This document shows positions 21,645 to 33,544 of a stretch of DNA of 64,000 nt, piece after piece. Every line of letters begins with the position of its first letter. Positions within the stretch are counted from its first letter, which is position 1. The position numbers and the translations under genes were made by a program. The stretch is from Anaeramoeba ignava BMAN (Eukaryota > Protista > Anaeramoebae). The stretch covers positions 682,001-746,000 of the forward strand of contig JAPDFW010000147.1 in assembly GCA_028826165.1 (NCBI GenBank), given 5' to 3'. The notes under the pieces were generated by a model. The model searched no databases. It saw only the letters and a list, made by a program, of their open reading frames with translations, and was not told the origin of the DNA.

Positions 21645-24600
21645 ATGAGTGAAGATATTCAAGGAAAAATTATTCAACTTAAAAAAGAAATTGATCAAAT
21701 AGAATTAATGGCAAAAATCCTTACAAAAGAATCCCAAAAAAAAGAATTAAGTTATTATCAAAAATCTTTGAGTACAAAAAAAGCGCAACTTGAAGAACTT
21801 GAAAAATTAATTAAAAGTCCAAATATAGAACAAGAACAGAAAGAATTTTCTGGTAAATTCAAAATTAAATTCAAATATTAAATTCAAAATTAAATTTAAA
21901 ATTAAATTCAAAATTAAATTAAAATTAAATTAAATATTAAATTCAAAATTAAATTAAATATTAAATTAAAAATTAAATTCAAAATTAAATCCAATATTAA
22001 ATTCAAAATTAAATTCAAAATTAAATATTAAATTCAAAATTAAATTCAAAATTAAATTCAAAATTAAATTCAAAATTAAATTCAAAATTAAATTCAAAAT
22101 TAAATTCAAAATTAAATTCAAAATTAAATTAAATATTAAATTTAAAATTAAATTCAAAATTAAATTCAAAATTAAATTCAAAATTAAATTCAAAATTAAA
22201 TTCAAAATTAAATATTAAATTCAAAATTAAATATTAAAATTTAAAAATCAAAAATTAAATATTAAATTCAATATTAAATTAAATATAAAATTCAAAATTA
22301 AATTAAAAATTAAATTAAATATCAAATTCAAAATTAAATTCAAAATTAAATTCAAAATTAAATTCAAAATAAAATTCAAAATTAAATTCAAAATTAAATT
22401 CAAATATTAAATTCAAAATTAAATTCAAAATTAAATTCAAAATTAAATTAAATATTAAATTCAAAATTAAATATTAAATTCAAAATTAAATTCAAAATTA
22501 AATTAAATATTAAATTTAAAATGTAAATCAAAATTAAATTCAAAATTAAATTAAATTCAAAATTAAATTCAAAATTAAATTAAATATTAAATTCAAAAAT
22601 AAAATTCAAAATTAAATTCAAAATAAAATTAAATTCAAAATTAAATTCAAAATTAAATTAAATATCAAATTCAAAATTAAATTCAAAATTAAATTCAAAA
22701 TTAAATTTAAAATTAAATTCAAAATTAAATTAAAAATTAAATTCAAAATTAAATTCAAAATTAAATTAAATATTAAATTCAAAATTAAATTCAAAATTAA
22801 ATTAAATATTAAATTCAAAATTAAATTCAAAATTAAATTCAAAAATTAAACAATATTAAATTAAATATTAAAATTCAAAATTAAATTCAAAAATTAAATT
22901 CAAAATTAAATTCAAAATTAAATTCAAAATTAAATTAAATATTAAAAAAAAATTCAAAATCAAAATTCAAAATTAAATTCAAAATTAAATTCAAAATTAA
23001 ATTCAAAATTAAATTCAAAATTAAATTCAAAATTAAATTCAAAATTAAATTCAAAAATTAAATTCAAAATTAAATTCAAAATTAAATTCAAAATTAAATT
23101 CAAAATTAAATTAAAAATTAAATTCAAAAATTAAATTCAAAATTAAATTCAAAATTAAATTCAAAATTAAATTCAAAATTAAATTCAAAATTAAATTCAA
23201 AATTAAATTCAAAATTAAATTCAAAATTAAATTAAAATTAAATTAAAAATTAAATTCAAAAATTAAAAAAATTAAATTCAAAATTAAATTCAAAATTAAA
23301 TTAAAATTAAATTCAAAATTAAATTAAAAATTAAATTCAAAATTAAATTCAAAAATATTAAATTCAAAATTAAATTCAAAAATTAAATTAAAAATTAAAT
23401 CCTAAAATTAAATCCAAAATTAAATTCAAAAAAATTAAACTAAAATTAAATTAAAATTAAATTAAAAAAATAAATTAAAATGTTAAATTCAAAAATTAAA
23501 TTCAAAATTAAATTAAAAATTAAATTCAAAAATTAAATTCAATATTAAATTAAAATTAAATTAAATATTAAATTAAATATAAATTCAAAATTAAATTAAA
23601 TATTAAATTAAATATTAAATTCAAAATTAAATTCAAAATTAAATTCAAAATTAAATTCAATATTAAATTCAATATTAAATTCAAAATTAAATTCAAAATT
23701 AAATTCAAAATTAAATTCAAAATTAAATTCAAATAAATTCAATATTAAATTCAAAATTAAATTCAAATATTAAATTCAAAATTAAATTAAATATTAAATT
23801 TAAAATTAAATTCAAAATTAAATTCAAAATTAAATTCAAAATTAAATATTAAAATTAAATTCAAAATTAAATATTAAAATGTAAATCAAAATTTAGACCC
23901 AATCGAACCATTAACAAAAACACAAATTGAACCACAAAAAGAACAAAAAGAACAAAAAGAACAAAAAGAACAAAAAAAAGATTCAAATCAAGCAAATGAA
24001 AGTACAGATTCAGATTACGAATACGAATATGAATACGAATACGAATATTCAAATGGGAATGAAAAACAAAATAAAGAAGTAGAAAAAGAAACAGATTCTG
24101 ATGATTACGTTTATGCTGATGAATATGAATATGAATATGAATATGATGAAAATCCAAATGATGATCCAAATCAAAAAAAATTAACCAAAAATAAATACAA
24201 TTCAGAATCCAAACAAAAAAGCAGAAACGATGACTTAAAACCAAAAAGAGTCAAGAAAACTATCTCTATGCAAAAACAGCTTGATAGTTTAATAACTGGG
24301 AAATCGACAAAAAGAGTGAATAAAAACAATGGAGAAAAAAAATCACGACCGAAAAAATCACAAAAAAATGGAATATCAAAATCACATATAAAAAAAGAAA
24401 ACCCAGAATCCATTCGTGATGAAGAAACACAGAAAGCACCCAACACAGGGCCAGCGAAAAATGAGAAAACCAGATCACGATTAGATAAAATTTCTGAGAG
24501 ACTTTTGACTCCAACAGTTTCATCAAAAGCACTGAAATCTCCAAGAAGAGGAATACATGCTCAAACACTTAGATTCAAGGATCATAAACCACCCCAACTT

Positions 24601-25311
24601 GCGGATGATAAAAATAATCCAAAAACTCCGCAAACACCAAAAACAAAGAACAAGTCTTCCAAAAATGCATTGAGACCGCCAAAACAAAAACATGTTCCAA
24701 ATCCAAATTCTCAAAATCAAAATCAAAATCCAAATCAAAATCAAAATCAAAATCAAAATCAAAATCAAAAAGATCAAGATCATCCAAGAGGCTTGAAGAA
24801 ACCAAAAAAACATGCAAAATCTCCAATGAAATCAAGTGCAAATCGCAGTGATGATTCAGATCCACTTGTTTCTCAACTGCGTCAACAACTTGAAAATGAA
24901 AAAGATCAAAGAATGGAATCAGATGAAAAAATTACTCAACTTTTGGATGTCAATAGAGATCTTACAAACGTTATTTCGGAAAAGCAAGAAAACGAAAAAT
25001 TGTTTGATAGAAAAATCCAAAAATTACAAGAAGAAATTCGATCCAAAACAAAAGAATTAAGACATGTTAAACAAGTTGCTCAAGAAAAAGATTTGGAAAA
25101 TAAACAAATTATTGCTGATTTAGAAAATGAAAATCAGTTACTAAAAGATAAAATTGTTGATTTGAATAAATCTCTCTCTGATTCCCAGGAAATAATCAAG
25201 AAATATAAAGAGGCTGTTGAAAAATCTGAACAGAAAGTTCTTTTTTTAATAAAACAAAATGAGGAATTGACAAACAAAAATTTTAAACTTGAACAACAAC
25301 TTAAAAATTAA
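21645..25311 (+). CDS. Hypothetical coiled-coil/low-complexity protein; exons 21645-21852 and 23897-25311; 540 aa
   Basis: GT-AG intron 21853-23896 (2044 nt, satellite-filled) joins in frame (SD-PIEPLTK...). N- and C-terminal heptad regions; acidic (EY)n and basic central segments. Confidence 0.72.
21853..23896 (+). repeat. 2-kb intron made of a 12-bp AAATTCAAAATT tandem repeat
   Basis: Direct reading. Accounts for the spurious (LNLI)n ORFs. Confidence 0.95.
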
Positions 25312-25648
25312 ACAAAAAAAATCAAGATAATATCTATTTTTTTTTCTTTAAATGATTTTTGATCTAATTTTTCAAGTTAACATAATTTTTCAAAAAGAAA
25401 ACATTTTTTTTTTACTTTTTTTTTTACTTTTTTTGAATTTCATTTTCAAAATCATTAAAATAAATAATCCAAAAATAATTTTTTATCCGATTTTAATTTT
25501 AATTTTAATTCTAATATTAATTTTAAATTTTGATTTTAATTTTGATTTTAATTTTAATTTTAATTTTAATTTTAATTTTAATTTTAATTTTAATTTTAAT
25601 TTTAATTTTAAATTTTAATTTTAATTTTGAATTTTTGGAATTTTAATT

Positions 25649-28600
25649 TTAATTAAAATGATTTAAAATTATATCAAGATTCGAATTTGGGTTTAATTGA
25701 AAATAATCTTTAATATCTTCAAATTCTTCAATAACTTTATCATTAATCCTTTTGAATTCTTCATCAAATTCATCATGATAAAGAAAATAAATAAATTTTT
25801 GAATTGTTTCAAATGATTTTCCTGAATAATCATGAACTTGATTAGAAGAATCTTGTGTATTTAATTGAAACATTCCTTTGAATAAATCACTTCTTAAAAT
25901 TAAAATGAATTTATGAACTTTAATTTGCTTTTCTTCTTCACAAATGATTGTAAAATCTTTTGTTGATTCATCTTGTTCAAATAATTTATGGAAATCTTTC
26001 AATATTCCTTTTCTTCCTTTTTTTGTTTCAATCCATTTTGTGTCTAATCCAATTTCTGTCAAAAATTCTTTTAAAAGTTTCATTTCTTCAATTTGTTTCA
26101 AGTTTAACTTTTCTTTTTCTGTTTGAAACTTGAGTTGATATTTTTCAGAATTGATGATGAAATTTTGGATCTCTTCAAAATTAGTAAATCCAGTATAAAG
26201 GAAATTCAAAGCTATTTCAACATCTGTTTTGGGTTTCTGAAGGCAAAAATTAATAAACTTCTGAGAAATTGAATCATCGTTATCAAATCTTGTTAAGAGA
26301 ATTAATTTATGAACATGAAATTTGAATGAATCATTTGATTGAATTGTTAAATCTGAAAAATTATCATTCGAATAAAATAATTTGATTAGATCATCATGAA
26401 TTGAATAAAGTCGAATAAAAATATCAGTAAATTGGCGTGATATTTGTTCAGAATCTAAAAGAAATACATTCGCATTGTTCATTAATAGTAATTTAATTAA
26501 ATTTAAATCTCCTTTCTTGCTTGAAATTGAAAGAGCAGTCTTATTTTCAAGATTTTGTGCATTAATATCAATTCCTTCTTCAATTAGATATTGAGCAATT
26601 TCAATTGCATTAGTTCGATTTATACAGAGAAAATGTAGAGGTGTTTCATTCTCGTCTGTTTTTGCTTTAACATCAGCTCCTTTTTCAACTAAATATTTGA
26701 TAATTTCAAGTGTTGTTCTTGGATTTTCACAAGCAAAATGCAAACTTGACCATTTAGTACTATTAAAAAATGTAAAATTATCAGTTTTTGCATTAACATC
26801 AGCTCCTTTCTCAACTAAATATTGAATAATTTCAAGTGATATTTTTGGGTTTTGACAGATAAAATGCAATGGTGCATAATCTTCGTCAGTTTTTGCATTA
26901 ACATCAGCTCCTTTCTCAACTAAATATTTGATCATTTCAATTTTGATATCTTTATTTTCACAAGCAAAATGCAAAGTTGTTTCTTGATATTCCGTTTTTT
27001 GATGAATATTAAGACCCTTTTCAACCAAAAATTGCACAATTTCAAATGAATATATATATTTACAAGCAAAATGTAATAATGACATATCTCCATTTGTTTT
27101 TGCGTGAATATCGGTTCCATTTTCAAAGAAATAATTAATAAGATCAATTTGTGGTTGTCTTTGGAAAACATAATGTAAGGCAATTTTGTTTTGATCTCCC
27201 TTTGAATTTATATCAATTCCATTTTCAATCAAATATTTAATAACATCAATTTGATTTCGATGTTGGCAAGCAATATGTAAAGCTGTTTCGTTTCGACTTG
27301 TTTTTGCATTAAGATCAATTCCTTTTTCAACTAAATATTGTATGACTTCAAACGAACTTTTTTCCTGACAAGCAATATGCAAGGCTGTTTCGTTTTGATA
27401 TCCTTTTGAATTAATATCGATTCCTTTTTCAATTAAATATTTAATGGTATCCAACGGCGCTTTTAGATGGCAAACAATATTCAGAGCTGTTTCGTTTCGG
27501 TTTGTTCTTGCATTTATATCAGCTCCTTTTTCAATCAAATATTCAATAAGCTTGAAAAAATTTCTTCGACAAGCAATATGCAAAGCTGTTTCATCTTGGC
27601 TTGTTTTTGCGTTGATATCGATTCCTTTCTCAATGAAAAATTTAGCCATTTTGAGATTATTTTTGCCACAAGCAATATGCAATGCTGTTTCATGGTTGCT
27701 ATTTTGCGTATTTATATCAGCTCCTTTTGAAATCAAAAATTCCATCACTTCAAAAGAGGGTTTATTGTTTTCACAAATGGTTAATAAAGCTGTGCGATTA
27801 TAATTTGTTTTTTCATGGATATCAACTCCTGTTGAAACCAAATATTTAATAATATCCATTGATGTATTGCTATTTTCACAAGCACAATGAAGAGCTGTTT
27901 CGTTGTGAGTTGTTTTTAAATTTATATCAACTCCCTTTTCAATCAAATATTGAACGACTTCAACTGAGGAATTTACATTTTGGCAAGCATGATGCACAGA
28001 TGTGAGATCATAGACTGATTTTTCATTGATATCCGCTCCTTTTTCAATTAGATATTTGATCATTTCAAATGTCATATTTTCATTTTCGCAAGCATGATGA
28101 AAAGGTGTTTCGCTAAAATTTGATTTTGCATTGATATCCGCTCCTTTTTCAATTAGATATTCAATAATTTCAAATCTAATATTTGGGTTTCTACAAGCAT
28201 AATGTAAAGGTGTTTTATCCACGTTGGATTTTGCATTTATATCAGATCCTTTTTCAATCAAATATTCAATAACTTCAATGGATGAATTGTTTTTGCAAGC
28301 ACTATGCAAAGCTATTTCTTGATATTTATTATCTGGATGGGATTCAATTCCTTTCTCAACCAAATATTGAATAATTTGAACTGAATTATTTTGGCAAGCA
28401 GAATCGAGAGCTGATTCATCAAATCGACTCAATAGATAAATTACAGCTCCTTGTTCAACTAAATATTGAATAATTTCAAGTGATAAATTGGATTGGCAAG
28501 CCAAATTTAAAGTGTTTTCATTGTAAACTGTTTTTGCATTGATATCCATTCCCATTTCGATTAGGAAAGCAATATTTTCTAATGAATTAGTTCTGCAAGC

Positions 28601-29230
28601 AAAATGCAAAGCTGTTTCATCTTGTTTTGATTTTAAATTCATATCAACTCCTTCTTCAACTAAATATTGAATAATTTCAAGTGATAAATTGCATTGGCAA
28701 GCCAAATGTAAAGCGTTTTTATTTCCGTTTGTTGTTGCATTAATATCCATTCCTTTTTCAATTAGATATTGAATTATTTGAATTTGCATATTTTTATTTT
28801 GACAAGCACAAAGTAAAGCTGTTTGATTGTCATCTGTTTTTGCATTTATATCAATTCCTTTTGGAATCAATCCCACAATAATTTCTAATAAATTTTCTTT
28901 TTTCCAATACATCAAGAAATAGTGAATAATTGTTCTATTTTGTGAATCTTTTGTTTTTATTAAATCTTCTTTTCCAATCAAAAAATCAATAATTTCCATT
29001 TCTGAATTTTCTACAATCGCAATATGTAATGAATTCCTTCCCAAATAATCAAATGAATTTGGATCTGCTCCTTTTTCAATCAGAAGTTCAATCATCTCTT
29101 TTGAAACTTGTTTTACAATTGCAAAATTCAAAAGTGGTTGTGTTTCTTGGAATAAATCATTTTCTGTAATTTTTTCAATTTGTTTTAAATATTCGATATT
29201 ATTTTCCTCAATCGCTTTCCAGATATTCAT
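25649..29230 (-). CDS. Ankyrin-repeat (~26 repeats)/tandem-BTB protein; intronless, 1193 aa
   Basis: Regular 33-34 aa repeats with consensus G(I/A)DINAKxxxxETALHxACxxxxxxxIxYLIEK. BTB1 FSDLTIQ...VHKLILLTRF; BTB2 KDFTIIC...VHKFILILRSDLFKGMF...DYFQLNPNS. Confidence 0.93.
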   Translation of the reverse strand: MNIWKAIEENNIEYLKQIEKITENDLFQETQPLLNFAIVKQVSKEMIELLIEKGADPNSFDYLGRNSLHIAIVENSEMEIIDFLIGKEDLIKTKDSQNRTIIHYFLMYWKKENLLEIIVGLIPKGIDINAKTDDNQTALLCACQNKNMQIQIIQYLIEKGMDINATTNGNKNALHLACQCNLSLEIIQYLVEEGVDMNLKSKQDETALHFACRTNSLENIAFLIEMGMDINAKTVYNENTLNLACQSNLSLEIIQYLVEQGAVIYLLSRFDESALDSACQNNSVQIIQYLVEKGIESHPDNKYQEIALHSACKNNSSIEVIEYLIEKGSDINAKSNVDKTPLHYACRNPNIRFEIIEYLIEKGADINAKSNFSETPFHHACENENMTFEMIKYLIEKGADINEKSVYDLTSVHHACQNVNSSVEVVQYLIEKGVDINLKTTHNETALHCACENSNTSMDIIKYLVSTGVDIHEKTNYNRTALLTICENNKPSFEVMEFLISKGADINTQNSNHETALHIACGKNNLKMAKFFIEKGIDINAKTSQDETALHIACRRNFFKLIEYLIEKGADINARTNRNETALNIVCHLKAPLDTIKYLIEKGIDINSKGYQNETALHIACQEKSSFEVIQYLVEKGIDLNAKTSRNETALHIACQHRNQIDVIKYLIENGIDINSKGDQNKIALHYVFQRQPQIDLINYFFENGTDIHAKTNGDMSLLHFACKYIYSFEIVQFLVEKGLNIHQKTEYQETTLHFACENKDIKIEMIKYLVEKGADVNAKTDEDYAPLHFICQNPKISLEIIQYLVEKGADVNAKTDNFTFFNSTKWSSLHFACENPRTTLEIIKYLVEKGADVKAKTDENETPLHFLCINRTNAIEIAQYLIEEGIDINAQNLENKTALSISSKKGDLNLIKLLLMNNANVFLLDSEQISRQFTDIFIRLYSIHDDLIKLFYSNDNFSDLTIQSNDSFKFHVHKLILLTRFDNDDSISQKFINFCLQKPKTDVEIALNFLYTGFTNFEEIQNFIINSEKYQLKFQTEKEKLNLKQIEEMKLLKEFLTEIGLDTKWIETKKGRKGILKDFHKLFEQDESTKDFTIICEEEKQIKVHKFILILRSDLFKGMFQLNTQDSSNQVHDYSGKSFETIQKFIYFLYHDEFDEEFKRINDKVIEEFEDIKDYFQLNPNSNLDIILNHFN

Positions 29231-29250
29231 TTTTGAAAAGAAAAAAAAGG

Positions 29251-29306
29251 AAAAAATGAAAAATGAAAAATGAAAAATGAAAAATGAAAAATGAAAAATG
29301 AAAAAA
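29251..29306 (-). promoter_or_regulatory. Seven tandem TTTTTCA units (amplified initiator-like motif) just upstream of the ankyrin-BTB ATG
   Basis: (AAAAATG)n on + with a 7-bp period, starting about 20 bp from ATG 29230. Confidence 0.5.
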
Positions 29307-29309
29307 TTA

Positions 29310-30000
29310 AAAATTTTGATTTTAATTTTAATTTTGATTTTAATTTTTAATTTTAATTTTAATTTTAATTTTAATTTTAATTTTAATTTTAATTTTAATT
29401 TTAATTTTAATTTTAATTTTAATTTTAATTTTAATTTTTAAATTTTAATTTTAATTTTAATTTTGATTTTGATTTTGATTTTAATTTTAATTTTGATTTT
29501 GATTTTAATTTTAATTTTAATTTTAATTTTAATTTTAATTTTAATTTTAATTTTAATTTTAATTTTAATTTTAATTTTAATTTTAATTTTTTTAATTTTG
29601 AATTTTAATTTTAATTTTTTAATTTTAATTTTAATTTTAATTTTTAATTTTAATTTTAATTTTAATTTTAATTTTAATTTTAATTTTGAATTTTAATTTT
29701 AAATTTTAATTTTAATTTTTAATTTTAATTTTGATTTTAATTTTAATTTTAATTTTGATTTTAATTTTAATTTTAATTTTAATTTTAATTTTAATTTTAA
29801 TTTTAATTTTAATTTTAATTTTAATTTTGATTTTAATTTTAATTTTTTAATTTAATTTTGAATTTTTTTTAATTTTAATTTTGATTTTTTTAATTTTAAT
29901 TTTTAATTTTTAATTTTAATTTTGATTTTGATTTTAATTTTAATTTTGATTTTAATTTTGATTTTAATTTTAAATTTTGATTTTAATTTTAATTTTAATT
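29310..30000. repeat. (TTTTAA)n spacer between RCC1-BTB copy 4 and the ankyrin-BTB gene; similar tract at 25490-25648
   Basis: Direct reading. Confidence 0.95.
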
Positions 30001-31809
30001 TTAATTTTGATTTTGATTATTAAATTTTTTAATTAATAAATCAAATAAATTTGGATTTGTTTGATTTAATTGAAAATAATCAATTCCAGTTTTAATTTCA
30101 TTAATGATTTCTTGTGTAATTTGAATTCCATCTTTAATTTGATTTGAATAAATCCAATATTCAAATATTTGAAATGATTTATTACTTAATTCACTATAAT
30201 CTGTAACTTTATTAGATTTATCTTTAGTTACAGATAAAAACATTCCTCGATATAATTCACTTCTCATTATTAATATTAATTTGGGAAATTTATATTGTTT
30301 TTCTTTTCTTTCAATAATAAAATCTTTTTCATTTTCATTTTCATTTAAATAAATTCTTTTCATTGTTTCTTCAATTTTTTCATTTGAATTTATAATTTCT
30401 TTAATTTCAGAATATAATTTTGGATTTATATTGGAATTGTTTGAATAAATCATTTCAAATATTTGATTTGATTCTTGAATTGATTTTTTTGAAATAATTT
30501 CTTTAAGTTTTTCAATTTGATTTTGATTTAATCTGTATTGTAATATTAATTTATGAGCTTCAATTATTTCTCCATTTTCGGTTTTAAATGAAATATTACA
30601 AAATTCTTTTCTTCGAAATAGTTTTATCAAATCTTCTTCAAGATTGGAAAAAGAAGGAGAATAATAAAGAAATGTTTTGTTAAAACCACAAAGAATATGA
30701 TAATTGGAAATATCTTCATTAAATCTTAAATCAGGAAGTTTAATTTGAATCGGAATTAATTGATCTTTTCCTGTATTTCCAGTTCCTAACTCACCATAAG
30801 AATTACTTCCGAATCCAATTAATTTTGAATTAGATGTTAAAATCAAAGTATGAATTCTTCCAACAGAAAAATCAAGAATATTACCATCATTTTCAAATAA
30901 AGATGATTTGATTTCAGTAAATTCATAAGTATTTTCATTTTTGCCAAGTCCATTAAATTGATAATCTCCACATGAATAAAGTTTTCTTTTTGGATTTTCA
31001 TTTTGATCTTCATTTTCAATCAACATTATTGAATAGTTAGGTGCACATTGAATATCAATTATTTTGCCTTTTGGAATATTTTGGATTTTGGTTAATTTAT
31101 GAATACTTTTTTGTTCTTTTCTTGATTCTCCTAATCCAAGTTGACCATATATATTATCACCACATCCAAATAATTCTTGATTTGAATCTAAAAGAAAAAC
31201 AAAACTTGAAGTATTTCCTGAAAATATCTTAGAAACATTTTTCATCACTAAAACTGGAAGTTCTGTTTTTATAATTGTTCCAAAATCAAAACCAAGTTGA
31301 CCAATTTTATTATAGCCAATTCCATAAACATTATGATTTGAAGTTAATAAGTAAATTGTATCAGCTCCAGAAACAACATCTTGAATTATTCTATCATTTG
31401 GATCTTCAATTAATGATGAAATATTGATAAATTCATTTGGATTTTCTCGATTAATATCATCTCCTTTGGCAAATACATTTCCTTTTAATGTTAAAATAGC
31501 TTCATTTTGATAACCAACAGATACTTTTTGAATATTTTCTTCAATTTGGATTTTTGAAGGATTTTGTTTTGAATATTCTATTGCTTTTCCATTTTCAAAA
31601 AGGAAAATTGCTGAAAATTCACCTATTGAAATTTGTTTAATTTGATTTTCATTTTCATTTTCATTTTCATTTCCATTTTCATTTTCATTTTCATTTTCAT
31701 TTTCATTTTCATTTTCAAATTTAAATTGAATTGGTTTTGTTATTTTATATGGTTCATCTTTTAAAAGTTTTGGATATTCATTTAAACCAAAAAATAAAAT
31801 TTCATTCAT
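30001..31809 (-). CDS. RCC1-repeat/tandem-BTB protein, copy 4; intronless, 602 aa
   Basis: Collinear with 2727..4538, with the same RCC1 blades and a near-identical BTB half. Confidence 0.92.
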   Translation of the reverse strand: MNEILFFGLNEYPKLLKDEPYKITKPIQFKFENENENENENENENGNENENENENQIKQISIGEFSAIFLFENGKAIEYSKQNPSKIQIEENIQKVSVGYQNEAILTLKGNVFAKGDDINRENPNEFINISSLIEDPNDRIIQDVVSGADTIYLLTSNHNVYGIGYNKIGQLGFDFGTIIKTELPVLVMKNVSKIFSGNTSSFVFLLDSNQELFGCGDNIYGQLGLGESRKEQKSIHKLTKIQNIPKGKIIDIQCAPNYSIMLIENEDQNENPKRKLYSCGDYQFNGLGKNENTYEFTEIKSSLFENDGNILDFSVGRIHTLILTSNSKLIGFGSNSYGELGTGNTGKDQLIPIQIKLPDLRFNEDISNYHILCGFNKTFLYYSPSFSNLEEDLIKLFRRKEFCNISFKTENGEIIEAHKLILQYRLNQNQIEKLKEIISKKSIQESNQIFEMIYSNNSNINPKLYSEIKEIINSNEKIEETMKRIYLNENENEKDFIIERKEKQYKFPKLILIMRSELYRGMFLSVTKDKSNKVTDYSELSNKSFQIFEYWIYSNQIKDGIQITQEIINEIKTGIDYFQLNQTNPNLFDLLIKKFNNQNQN

Positions 31810-31984
31810 TTTTGGAAAAGTAAAAAAATGAAAAAATGAATTTTAATTTTAATTTTTGCTTTTTTTTTTCATTTTTTAATTTTAATTTTATTTTTAATTT
31901 TATTTGAATTTATGATAAAAAAATCATTTTTTTAAAATCCAAGAAAAAGAAAGAAAAAGAAAGAAAAATAAGAAGGAAAAAGAA

Positions 31985-32311
31985 TCAATTAAAAAGAGGA
32001 CGAAAACTTTGACCAGCAGTAGAATCAATTTGAGATTTATCAACACCTAATCTTTGGGCTTCAATAGAATCCAATTCTTGGAGTTGCTGTTCAGTAGCAA
32101 TAGCAACACCCAACGGAAGAACAAGAACAATAGTACCAGTTAAACCGACCCAAGAAAGTTGCTTTATTTTTGAAAATCCTGAACTAATATATGATTTTGC
32201 TGATGTTGTAATTTGTGATGCTTTGTTTCTTATATTTTGTGGGATAAAATCACTAATTTCTTCAAAAATAGTTTTTTGTGTTGTTTCTTCTTCAAGTTCA
32301 AGTTTACTCAT
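31985..32311 (-). CDS. TOM22: Mitochondrial/hydrogenosomal outer-membrane import receptor Tom22
   Basis: 108 aa. Acidic N-terminus, then TIFEEISDFIP (cf. Tom22 TLxERLxxLxxMFP). Single TM segment LSWVGLTGTIVLVLPLGVAI has the conserved W..T...P pattern, followed by EQQLQE. Confidence 0.82.
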   Translation of the reverse strand: MSKLELEEETTQKTIFEEISDFIPQNIRNKASQITTSAKSYISSGFSKIKQLSWVGLTGTIVLVLPLGVAIATEQQLQELDSIEAQRLGVDKSQIDSTAGQSFRPLFN

Positions 32312-32431
32312 TTTTTTATAATTTGAATAAAATTTTTTTATTTTTTTTTAAAATGAAAAAAATGAAAAAAATTAAAAAAAAATAATTTCATTTTTTTTCT
32401 TTTTTAAAAATAATTTAGAAATAATTTAGAA
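32312..32431. promoter_or_regulatory. Compact divergent promoter (TOM22/NOP53) with oppositely oriented TTTCATTTT initiator-like motifs
   Basis: 120 bp between the start codons. AAAATGAAAA occurs twice (minus-strand motif) and TTTCATTTT once (plus-strand motif). Confidence 0.55.
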
Positions 32432-33544
32432 ATGAAAAAATCAAATAAAAACCAAAAAAGAAAAAAAAAACTTTCAAAGAAATCAAAAAAAAATTGGGTT
32501 AAAAATACTGATATTAAAGATGTTGAATCTTTTCTTGAAAGAAAAAGTCTTGAAACAATCGAAAACCAACAAGTTTCTCAATTGAAAAATAACCAACTCT
32601 TTGTTATTGATCCAACAAATCAATCAATTTCCACAGAATCTCAACTTAAACCTTTATATTATGAAAAAATTTTAAATTCAAATCCAAATATAAAACCAAT
32701 TTCAAGTCGAAAAAACAAAAATCAAAAAATTTCATCAATAAATGATAAAACACTCAAACAAATATCCAAATTAAAACCAGAAAAACAACTGGTTGAATCA
32801 CAAAGAAAATTACTTGAAGTGGAGCAAAAAAAAGAGAAGAAAAAAGATGATCAAGTTTTGAAAATGTGGGAAAATTCAAAAAATCAAAATCCAAGAAGAA
32901 AAAACAAATTGAACAGATATAAAAGAAAAAAAATACCCTCTATTATTCTTCCACATAATGGAACTTCAATAAATCCTGATCCTGAATCACGTTCTGAACT
33001 CGAAAAAATTTGGAAAGATTATCAAGTGAAAAAAGAAAAGGAAAAACAAATGAATTTAAATTTTGGTTCAAATTTCAATTCAAAATTTGATTTAAATTCT
33101 GATTCAAAATTTGATTTAAATTCTGATTCAAAAAAAGACTCAAAAACTCTTTTTCATATCAAAAACAATTTTATTTGGGAGATTACTGATATTTCTGAAC
33201 AAAATACCCCGAATCAATTGCAAAAGAAAATTACTGAAAAACCAAAAAATCAAAAAGATATTTTAAATCAAGAAATTGATAATCTTGATCAAATTAAAAA
33301 GGAAATTCAACAAGAAAATGAAGAAATCAAAAAAAGAAGAAAAGCTCGTTATCAAAGATTGAAAAATCGAGAATTATATGAACCTCCAAAATATTTTACA
33401 GAAATTCCTGAACCTTTTCTTAATGAAAATGAAGTAAGTGGAAGATTTATTGATTTAGAATTAAAAAGAAATTTATTTCAAGATAGATTTCTTAGTTATC
33501 AAAGAAGGAGTTTACTTCCAGTTACAAAAAAAAGAGAAAATTAG
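32432..33544 (+). CDS. NOP53: Ribosome biogenesis factor Nop53/GLTSCR2
   Basis: SKKSKKNWVKNTDIKDVESFLE N-terminus; LFVID arch-interacting motif; PHNGTSINPD; C-terminal NLFQDRFLSYQRRSLL. Confidence 0.9.
   Translation: MKKSNKNQKRKKKLSKKSKKNWVKNTDIKDVESFLERKSLETIENQQVSQLKNNQLFVIDPTNQSISTESQLKPLYYEKILNSNPNIKPISSRKNKNQKISSINDKTLKQISKLKPEKQLVESQRKLLEVEQKKEKKKDDQVLKMWENSKNQNPRRKNKLNRYKRKKIPSIILPHNGTSINPDPESRSELEKIWKDYQVKKEKEKQMNLNFGSNFNSKFDLNSDSKFDLNSDSKKDSKTLFHIKNNFIWEITDISEQNTPNQLQKKITEKPKNQKDILNQEIDNLDQIKKEIQQENEEIKKRRKARYQRLKNRELYEPPKYFTEIPEPFLNENEVSGRFIDLELKRNLFQDRFLSYQRRSLLPVTKKREN

Noticed and set aside
29310-30000. Interstitial telomere, or LINE target (TT/AAAA) array marking a mobile element
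   Set aside because: No G-rich telomeric unit, and no reverse transcriptase, transposase, terminal repeats or target-site duplications could be identified. The same hexamer fills ordinary introns.
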